Shown: positions 24,881-32,000 of the stretch, piece by piece
Layout of the letters: each line of letters starts with the position of its first letter
How positions within the stretch are numbered: position 1 is the stretch's first letter
From: Paramicrosporidium saccamoebae KSL3
Lineage: Eukaryota > Fungi > Cryptomycota
DNA: 32,000 nucleotides
Assembly (NCBI GenBank): GCA_002794465.1
Contig: MTSL01000050.1
Coordinates: 33,164-65,163, forward strand
Direction: 5' to 3'
Notes under the pieces: model-generated
Databases searched by the model: none
What the model was told of the DNA's origin: nothing
The model's input: the letters and a program-made list of their open reading frames with translations, nothing else
Translations under genes and position numbers: made by a program

Positions 24881-26955
24881 ATGAATACTATGTTGGCTGG
24901 TCCGCATTCCCCACCGCCCGAGTCATTGAACTTGTACCTTGGCACAGGCGCTGATGAATAGATATGTGACAGGCGAGGGATTCTATTTTGAACCAAATTA
25001 CGTGATTCCGGTAAACACCAAGCCGACGTTGCAAATTGCAAGGCCGGATGGGACGATTCGAGTCAACGAACCTGTGTCCTTTGCATTGCCCTCTCGTCCG
25101 CAGCGCACAGTCTATGGCATATTGGGAATGATTCAGCTCTTATCAGGCATTCTTTTAGCCAGTCGCTCATCATTAGGTCCTTATCTTATTGTAATCACCG
25201 AGCGAAAATTGGCTTGCCGATTCCTCGGCCACTACATCTGGAAAGTGACTGGCTCGGATATCCTTCCATGCGGCAACGGCACTAATGGCCTGGACTCTCA
25301 GCAGCGCGCTGACGAAGACAAGTTTGTGGAATTGCTCAAGACATTTCTGGCTTCAGACTGGATTTACTACTCTTCAACATACGATCTGACTCGTAGCCTT
25401 CAGTCCGAGGTTACTTCCAGACACGAAAAAAGCTTCCTTCGGGCCAACTTGCGTTTTGTTGTCAACCGGTTTATTGCGGCTCCCTTCATACAGGTGCTGG
25501 AACAACGCACTGATACCCGGTTGGAGGACTTTTTAGTCTTTTGCATTGAAGGATGTACGTCTGGTGTTGGTGGCGTGATTTGTGTAGTTGTTGAACTTCA
25601 ATCTTTGACAATTCACCAGAAAAAAGTTACATTTGGTGTCATTTCGAGACGATCAACGGGAAGAGTTGGTAGAGACCACCAATAGCACTGATATTGTAGG
25701 TACAAGATATCACTCTCGAGGAATTGACGATAAGGGAAATGTTTCCAATTTTGTGGAAACGGAGCAGATTGTGCTTGTGGACGACGATGTTGCCAGTTTT
25801 GTGCAGATCCGTGGTTCTATTCCGCTGTTTTGGAGACAGAACATTAACATTCGATACAAGCCGCCCTTTGAGTTTTACAACCATGCAAGCATGACAAGCG
25901 TGTTTGAGGCGCATTTCAAAAGATTGCTGGAAGACTATGGACAAGTGACGGCAGTGAATCTGGTGAACCACCGTGGATGGGAGGGGGAACTAGCCAAAAT
26001 GTTTGCTAAACAAGCGCGAGAATTTTCCGATCCCAAGATGAATTATGTGCCGTTTGATTTTAACAAGCAGTGTCCTCGAATGCAATGGGATCGGGTTAGT
26101 ATTCTCCTTGATCAGATTGAAGGCGAAATGAGTCAGCAAGGCTGGTTTACAGGAAGACTTGAGCGTCCCCATGGAGATGGACAACTTTCCTTTACTCAAA
26201 TTTCTCAAAAACAGAACGGAGTCGTTCGTACAAACTGCATCGACTGTCTTGATCGAACCAACCTGGTCCAAGGATACCTTGGCCGTCGCATCTTGACGCT
26301 TCAACTCTGCCATTTTGGAGTTCTTGACAAGACTGAGACGGTGCAAGATTGTCCCGAGTTGGAGATGCTTTTTAAACAGAGTACAAAGAGTTGGAATTAT
26401 TAATTGTTCATAGTTTGGGCCGACAATGGAGACGCTGTTAGTCGACAATATTCAGGGACGGGAGCGTTGAAAGCAGACTTTACTAGGACGGGACGACGCA
26501 CCAAAATGGGCTTGGTGGCTGATGGTGTCAACTCGATGATGAGATTTTTCCTCAACAACTTTACAGATGGAAAACGCCAGGACGCCATGGATTTATTCTA
26601 TGGGCACTATACAGTTCGCCTGGACAACTATTACTCTCCATTCATATATCGATTCGATTACCAACTCCTCGTCTCACCAGCAATTATGGTCGCCAGTTTC
26701 CTTGTCATGTTCTATCTTTTGCTCACTTCCAGTCTCTCAGCCGGCACCCGTCTCTTTATGACATTGTTCGTGACGTTCATCTTTCTTTTTGCCACCATGG
26801 TGTTCTTCAATGATGGTGTACGCTATGTGCAGTATCCTAGGTTGCGACCACCGCCTGTGGCAGCATATGCCCGTCCCTGGGCCTCGGCGCTTGCTGATAA
26901 ACAGAGGAAGCTATTCAATGCCATTGATCCGTCCCGAAAAGTTCACGTGATCTAG
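24881..26955 (+). CDS. SAC1: Phosphoinositide phosphatase; exons 24881-24933, 24962-25146, 25177-25554, 25588-25668, 25700-26380, 26414-26955 (639 aa)
   Basis: After splicing: PESLNLYVTGEGFYFEP, YGILGMIQLLSGPYLIVIT, IEGFVE, ISRRS...GTRYHSRG, NFVETEQ, QIRGSIPLFW, RTNCIDCLDRTN (CX5R), WADNGD..S.QYSGTGALK, two C-terminal TMs. ATG 24890 is an alternative start. Confidence 0.93.
24934..24961 (+). other. Spliceosomal intron, 28 nt (SAC1 intron 1)
   Basis: GTACCT...GCTGATGAATAG; joins ESLNL to YVTGEGFYFEP. Confidence 0.8.
25147..25176 (+). other. Putative GC-AG intron, 30 nt, in frame (SAC1 intron 2)
   Basis: GCATTC...GCTCATCATTAG; removal restores the conserved LLSGPYLIVIT. Confidence 0.7.
25555..25587 (+). 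other. Spliceosomal intron, 33 nt, in frame (SAC1 intron 3)
   Basis: GTACGT...TTGTGTAG; removal restores IEGFVELQ. Confidence 0.85.
25669..25699 (+). other. Spliceosomal intron, 31 nt (SAC1 intron 4)
   Basis: GTAGAG...ACTGATATTGTAG; restores RVGTRYHSRG. Confidence 0.9.
26381..26413 (+). other. Spliceosomal intron, 33 nt (SAC1 intron 5)
   Basis: GTACAA...ATTAATTGTTCATAG, contains a stop; restores FKQIWADNGD. Confidence 0.9.
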
Positions 26956-27027
26956 TTGTATGTGTATTTGAAGTAATAAATAGTGGTAAAGTTACTGCGT
27001 CCACAATGTCTAGGTTATCTAGTGGAT

Positions 27028-28797
27028 TTACCATGCAAGTGTTACAAAATTGTCGCTGTACATACTTAAAAGATCCTGAAATTTCAGAATCAGCGCTACA
27101 ATTACCACAAGAATCACAGCCGCATTTTCCAAATTGCGGGGTTCTCGATGCAACGCAATAGTCGAGGCATAGTGATGTATTCGATTCAACTCAACAGACG
27201 AAGCACAGGCTCCCTTCTTACCAATCTCTAGGAATGCTGGTATAGAATCCATGAGTGGGCTGTCCAAGTCATCTCTGTCGGGTACGCAGCCCCACATCTT
27301 TGCATACTGCCTATGTTTGTAAAAGGTCCAGTCCAACTTGTATTCCTCGTCAGTCCTACGCACACACGACTCGTAATCAAAGTCAGTGGATTTCCCAAAC
27401 AGCGCTTCCCACTCAAAGTAGTTACGACACTCTCCCCAATACCCATCATGGCTCCGATTGTCAAACAGCAGCCATTTCTTTGTCGGTGCGCGAATCGATT
27501 CGAAAAGGGACCATGCTGGCATATAGGCGGCGTTGAGATCCATCCTGCTCGCCATTATATAAATGGCAGTCTTGTGAGTAGTGGCTGGATACTCCTCAGA
27601 GAGTTTACGCTCGTTCAGGAAGGGATTCAGGAGTTTCCAATCTCGGTAATACACTTCCGGATAATACACTCCCGGGTGTAGGTCGGTGTGATCAGGGAGT
27701 GGTTCAGGTGCAGCACCCTTTGGGAAATCCTGGTACTTTATATCAATCAAGATAACAGAATTCACCAAAGAATTTATCCCAGGGACATCTTCATCGTTGA
27801 CCGCTTGCAATGAGAAAGCCTCTATCATTGGCTGCAAGACTTTGGTACGATAATCTTCCGCATTGGTACACTTTTCGGTAGCCATAAGGAATGGGAGCAG
27901 GAGCTGCTGTGACCTAAAGTCATTGCTTTCTATCGGCTCTCTTGAAGGAGTTAACAACCAATTATGCAGTATCCTTGAGATCTCGCGAGTACGTTCTCCC
28001 ACTGTGCCTGTGAGCTTGCTCCCCAACTTGTCATGAAACATCTTGGTGCAGTCGTTGTAATACTCCTTACCCAAGTTCCAAACTGCCGAGTTCATGGACT
28101 CATAAACATTGCCTCCCATCTTACGGCGACAAAACTTGTCTTTGGCACATATTTCAGCCAGGCCAACCAGGCTCCTTTCATGCTCCCCTCCTGAAATTGG
28201 AGGAACACCTCCGAGAAAGACACTATCAAATATATTGGGAGTTAGTTGCACAACATGGTGGGCCCATTGAGCACCATACGAAAACCCGTGCAAAACAATT
28301 CGGGCTGAGGAGCCCACTTTCGATCGTATTGCCATGCCGAGCATGGACACATCTAAGGCTGCATTAGTCATGATCAAGTCTCGAACATCGCAGTCTCTAC
28401 TCTTAACTGCCTTTGAGAGCGCATAATGGTTAGCCTTTAGTACAGTCCCTTTTAACGGGAACCCTCCCGAACGACCCAGCCCTCTGTGGTCAACGAGATA
28501 CGCAGCGACAGGCCCACCATACTTTCTAATCAACCGAATCGCATTATTAGCTTCACCATCCCCATCGCATCCAGGACCACCGGCAAGTAGAATTACATGG
28601 ACCTCCGGGCAACTACCAGGTTTGATATATCGTTCAACATACAGCGAAAATTGTTTTCCCAGTGGTCTGTCATAATCGGAAGGTACATTTACTCTACCAC
28701 TATGTACACCAAGTCCCTCGACCGAACAGCCTTCTCTAGTGCATGGTCCCCATTTTACTGTAGGATTCAACGCAGATAATTTGAGCTCGCGGCCCAT
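27028..28797 (-). CDS. Alpha/beta-hydrolase (peptidase S33 / TAP-like) with hydrophobic C-terminal anchor, copy 1
   Basis: W..C...VPSDY, LLAGGPG (oxyanion), LVDHRGLGRS, HGFSYG (nucleophile Ser), ASRMD (Asp), NRSHDG (His), tail AAVILVVIVALIL. Confidence 0.85.
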   Translation of the reverse strand: MGRELKLSALNPTVKWGPCTREGCSVEGLGVHSGRVNVPSDYDRPLGKQFSLYVERYIKPGSCPEVHVILLAGGPGCDGDGEANNAIRLIRKYGGPVAAYLVDHRGLGRSGGFPLKGTVLKANHYALSKAVKSRDCDVRDLIMTNAALDVSMLGMAIRSKVGSSARIVLHGFSYGAQWAHHVVQLTPNIFDSVFLGGVPPISGGEHERSLVGLAEICAKDKFCRRKMGGNVYESMNSAVWNLGKEYYNDCTKMFHDKLGSKLTGTVGERTREISRILHNWLLTPSREPIESNDFRSQQLLLPFLMATEKCTNAEDYRTKVLQPMIEAFSLQAVNDEDVPGINSLVNSVILIDIKYQDFPKGAAPEPLPDHTDLHPGVYYPEVYYRDWKLLNPFLNERKLSEEYPATTHKTAIYIMASRMDLNAAYMPAWSLFESIRAPTKKWLLFDNRSHDGYWGECRNYFEWEALFGKSTDFDYESCVRRTDEEYKLDWTFYKHRQYAKMWGCVPDRDDLDSPLMDSIPAFLEIGKKGACASSVELNRIHHYASTIALHREPRNLENAAVILVVIVALILKFQDLLSMYSDNFVTLAW

Positions 28798-28922
28798 TTA
28801 GTCCAAACAGCCAGGGATTTATTTCAAAGGGCGCTCCATAAACATTACTGTAAGAATATAATGTATCTACAGAGCAGGGATAGCGGGTCTTTGGATACAT
28901 GACGACTTTAATGAAACGTACA

Positions 28923-29135
28923 TCTCTTAATAGGATTATTTGTAATGCTCATTCTCGTCTTTGCCATTATGCTATTCTTCAATGATTATATATGCATGCC
29001 ATGTGCAGTATTTCAGGTCACGGCCTCCGCCTGTGGCGGCAGATGCCCGTCCCTGGGCCTTGGCACTTACTGATAAACAACGAAAGCTGTTCAATGCTAT
29101 CGATCCACCCAGTAAGATCACATGATCCGATCGTA
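28923..29135 (+). pseudogene. Duplicated, frameshifted fragment of the SAC1 3' end (copy A)
   Basis: Colinear with SAC1 ~26750-26955 (TTCTTCAATGAT, ATGTGCAGTAT, CCGCCTGTGGC, GCCCGTCCCTGGGCC, TGATAAAC, TTCAATGC..T.GATCC), with indels after the TM2-coding part. Confidence 0.85.
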
Positions 29136-29226
29136 TGTGCATTTGAAGTAATATAGAGTGATGAACAGCCTCTTGCTGCGTTTAACATGTCTAGGTTGTA
29201 TATATTGGGCTTGTCAAAGTTTATAA

Positions 29227-30915
29227 TTAGGATGGACCCTGAAATTTCAAGAACACCATTGCAATCAATAAAAAGATTACAAAAGAAGTATTCAGAGGAC
29301 TATATTTTCGATCCAACTCGGCAGGCGAAGCATGGACCCCCATCTCGCCCATCTCTAGGAATACTGGTATAGGATCCATGAATGGGCCGTCCAAGTCATT
29401 GCTGTCAGGTACGCAGTCCCACATTTGTGCGTACTTGTCATGCTCGGAAAAGGTCCAATCCAACTCATATACCTTTTCAGTCCTACGGACGCATGACTCG
29501 AAATCAAAGCCAGTGGATTTTCCAAAAAGAGCCTCCCACTCAAAGTAGTCATGGCATTCTCCCCAATACCCATCGTGCCACCGATTTTCGAACAGCAGCC
29601 ATTTCTTTATCGGAGCGGCAATCAATTCGAAAAGGGACCATGCTGGCATATAAGAGGTGACAAGATCCATTTTGCTCGCCATCATATAGATTGCAGTCTT
29701 ATGAGTAACGGCCGGGTGTTCCTTGGAAAGCTTGCGGCCCATCAGGAACGGGCTTAGAAGTTTCCATCGTTGGTGATACCATTCCGGATAATACACTTCC
29801 GGATGTAGGTCTATGTAATCGAAGGGTGGTTCAGGCGTGCCGTTTGAGAAATCCCGATAGTCCACATCAATCAGGATAACAGAATTCACTACATCGTTCA
29901 ACTCATCGTCATTTGATTCTTGCAGTGAGAGGATTTCTAGTATTGGCGACAAGACTTTGGTACGATATTCAAGCGCGTTGGTGCACTTTTCAGTAGCCAT
30001 CAGGAGCGGAAGCAAGAGCTGCTGTGGCCTGAAATTATTGCTTTCGCACAATTTCCCCAAGGAATTTGTCAGCAGCTCATCCAACGCCTCGGAGATTTCG
30101 CGAGTACGCTCCCCTATTGTGCCTGTGAGTTTGTTTCCCAGCTTGCCATGAAACATCTTGTTGCATTCATTGTAGTATTCTTTACCCAATTTCCAAACTG
30201 CAGAGTTCATAGACTTGTAAACATTGCCTCCCATCTTGCGGCGACAAAACTCGTCTTTGGCACACACCTCAGCCAGACCAACGAAACTATCTTTGTGCTC
30301 CACTCCTGAAACTGCAGGGACACCCCCGAGAAAGGCACTGTCGAATATGTTGGGGGTCAACTGCACGACATGGTGGGCCCATTGAGCACCATACGAAAAC
30401 CCATGCAGAACAATCCGGGCTGAGGTGTTTAATTCCGCTCGTATTGCCATGGCAAGCATGGACACATCCAAAGCTGCGTTAGTCATGGTCAAATCTTGAA
30501 CATGAAAAGCACCATCTTCAAATGATTTTGAAAGTGTATCGTGACTGGCCTTTAATACAGTACCCTCTAACAAAAACTTTCCCGAACGACCTAGCCCTCG
30601 GTGGTCAACGAGATATGCAGCGACGGACCCGCCATACCCTCTAACCAACCGAGCCGCATGGCTTTGTTGATTCTTCCCATCATAACCAGGACCGCCGGCA
30701 AGTATTACTACATGGACTTTTGGGTGACTACCACCTGGTTTGGTGTATCGTTCGACATATAGTGAGAATAGATTTTCTGATGGTTTATCGTAGTCTGATG
30801 GCACCGTTACTCTGCCCTTATGGACATCAAGTCCATTGACGTAACAGTCTTTTCTATTGCATGGCCTCCATTCAACTGTAGGATTCAAGACCGATAGTTT
30901 GGGCTCATGGTCCAT
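29227..30915 (-). CDS. Alpha/beta-hydrolase (peptidase S33 / TAP-like) with hydrophobic C-terminal anchor, copy 2
   Basis: Colinear paralog of copy 1: ILAGGPG, DHRGLGRS, HGFSYG, ASKMD, NRWHDG, tail FVIFLLIAMVFL. Confidence 0.85.
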   Translation of the reverse strand: MDHEPKLSVLNPTVEWRPCNRKDCYVNGLDVHKGRVTVPSDYDKPSENLFSLYVERYTKPGGSHPKVHVVILAGGPGYDGKNQQSHAARLVRGYGGSVAAYLVDHRGLGRSGKFLLEGTVLKASHDTLSKSFEDGAFHVQDLTMTNAALDVSMLAMAIRAELNTSARIVLHGFSYGAQWAHHVVQLTPNIFDSAFLGGVPAVSGVEHKDSFVGLAEVCAKDEFCRRKMGGNVYKSMNSAVWKLGKEYYNECNKMFHGKLGNKLTGTIGERTREISEALDELLTNSLGKLCESNNFRPQQLLLPLLMATEKCTNALEYRTKVLSPILEILSLQESNDDELNDVVNSVILIDVDYRDFSNGTPEPPFDYIDLHPEVYYPEWYHQRWKLLSPFLMGRKLSKEHPAVTHKTAIYMMASKMDLVTSYMPAWSLFELIAAPIKKWLLFENRWHDGYWGECHDYFEWEALFGKSTGFDFESCVRRTEKVYELDWTFSEHDKYAQMWDCVPDSNDLDGPFMDPIPVFLEMGEMGVHASPAELDRKYSPLNTSFVIFLLIAMVFLKFQGPS

Positions 30916-31162
30916 TTAACTCCGGCGGCCAGGGATTTGCTTCAGGGCGCACCATAAAAATTAATATGAAAAACACCATCTAGGGAGTAAGGATAAAAGA
31001 TCTTTAGACGCCTCACAATTAAGGTGATTGTTGCCATCAATTTTAGTGCAATAACAATTAAATCATCGGCTCCCTGTCTCACTTTTAACAACGACAGCCA
31101 AGCTTTTCGTAATATTCCATCTTTGGTTTACTTTAGGTTTCACAGTTAGCACATGCCTCTGA

Positions 31163-31345
31163 ATGATATTGCTCGTGGTGTTCATCCTCCTCTTTATCAC
31201 CATAATATACTATACGTGCAGTAACCCAGGCTGCGGCTTCCATCTGTGGCAGCATATGCTCGTCCCTGGGTCTCTGCGCCCGCTAGCAGACAAAGGAAGC
31301 TATTCAATTCAATCGATCCGTTCTAAAAGTTCACGCAATCTAATC
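31163..31345 (+). pseudogene. Duplicated, frameshifted fragment of the SAC1 3' end (copy B)
   Basis: ATGATATTGCTCGTGGTGTTCATC vs SAC1 ATGACATTGTTCGTGACGTTCATC; CTGTGGCAGCATATGC.CGTCCCTGGG; GGAAGCTATTCAAT; AAAGTTCACG. Confidence 0.85.
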
Positions 31346-31451
31346 TTATGTGCAGGTTAAGTAATAAATAATGGAGCACAGTTCCTTGTTACTGCGCTCC
31401 TAAAGTCTAGATTGTCTATATTGAAATTGTCACGCGGGCAGTACAAACTGG

Positions 31452-32000
31452 TCATAATCCATGTTGCGATGAAGACGAAATCTTCAATAGCAACATTACA
31501 ACCATCAAAAGGATTACAAAAGTACCATCCAGAGGGCGATATTCCCGATTCAACTTGACAGATGAGGCATAGATTCCCATCCTATTAATCTCTAAAAACA
31601 CCGGCACAGGGTTTATGAGTGGACCGTCCAAGTCATTTCTGTCAGGTACGCAGTCCCACATCTTTGCATACTTGTCATTCTTGGAAAAGGTCCAATCCAA
31701 CTTGTATTTCCTGTCAGTCCTACGCACACATGATTCGAAATCAAGGCCGGTGTGTCTCCCAAAAAGAGCCTCCCGCTCAAAGTGGTCAGAACATTCCCCT
31801 TCGTATCCATCAGGATGCCCGCGATTGTCAAACAGCAGCCATTTCTTTATCGGAGCATCAATCAAGTTAAAGAGGGACCATGCTGGCATGTAAGTGGTGT
31901 TGAGGTCCATCTTGCTTGCCATCATATAGATGGCCGTCTTCTTAGTGATAGCTGGATGCTCCTTGGAGAGTTTGCGGTTCATCAGGAACGGGCGTAGGAG
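31452..32000 (-). CDS. Alpha/beta-hydrolase copy 3, 5'-partial (runs off the window end)
   Basis: Frame is open from 32000 (LLRPFLMNRKLSKEHPA...), with ASKMD, NRGHPDG and tail FVILLMVVMLLL; paralogous to copies 1 and 2. Confidence 0.85.
   Translation of the reverse strand, partial: LLRPFLMNRKLSKEHPAITKKTAIYMMASKMDLNTTYMPAWSLFNLIDAPIKKWLLFDNRGHPDGYEGECSDHFEREALFGRHTGLDFESCVRRTDRKYKLDWTFSKNDKYAKMWDCVPDRNDLDGPLINPVPVFLEINRMGIYASSVKLNREYRPLDGTFVILLMVVMLLLKISSSSQHGL

Larger units (their letters stand above)
26750..32000. repeat. Tandem segmental array, ~2.2-kb unit = SAC1 3' tail + hydrolase gene, at least 3 units
   Basis: Unit starts at ~26750, ~28923 and ~31160; the spacer sequence between the SAC1 tail and the hydrolase stop is also homologous (TATGTG...AAGTAATA...TTACTGCG...GTCTAG). 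Confidence 0.88.

Noticed and set aside
27028-32000. Transposon or CRISPR-like interpretation of the repeated region
   Set aside because: No transposase, RT or integrase, no terminal repeats, no short repeat-spacer pattern; the repeats are whole-gene tandem duplications.

Overview
Extremely gene-dense eukaryotic (fungal-related) chromosome segment with 22 protein-coding genes (two run off the window edges). Many spacers are only 8-33 bp, and nine spliceosomal introns reconstructed by hand are all 28-33 nt. Gene order: class IV-type chitin synthase homolog with decayed catalytic motifs, Edc3, homeodomain protein, DnaJC3/P58IPK-like co-chaperone, Air1/2 zinc-knuckle protein, Fpg/MutM, SANT (Snt1/NCoR-like) protein, an orphan ORF, Ste14, Ogg1, Mgm1, a 75-aa WH2-like protein, Qcr6, a UCH deubiquitinase, an oversized Atg4, an ABCC transporter, a Tim17-like protein, Bcs1, Sac1, and a tandem array of three C-terminally anchored alpha/beta-hydrolases. 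Each repeat unit of the array carries a copy of the SAC1 3' end. Microsporidia-like compaction combined with retained complex III genes suggests a Rozellomycota / short-branch microsporidian such as Paramicrosporidium (inference only, no search run). Best leads: the pseudo-chitin synthase, the hydrolase array with SAC1 remnants, the Atg4 with a ~310-aa insertion, the WH2 microprotein, and the ultra-short intron / 25-32 bp bidirectional promoter architecture. No rRNA, tRNA, transposon or CRISPR array was recognised. All assignments rest on recalled family motifs.
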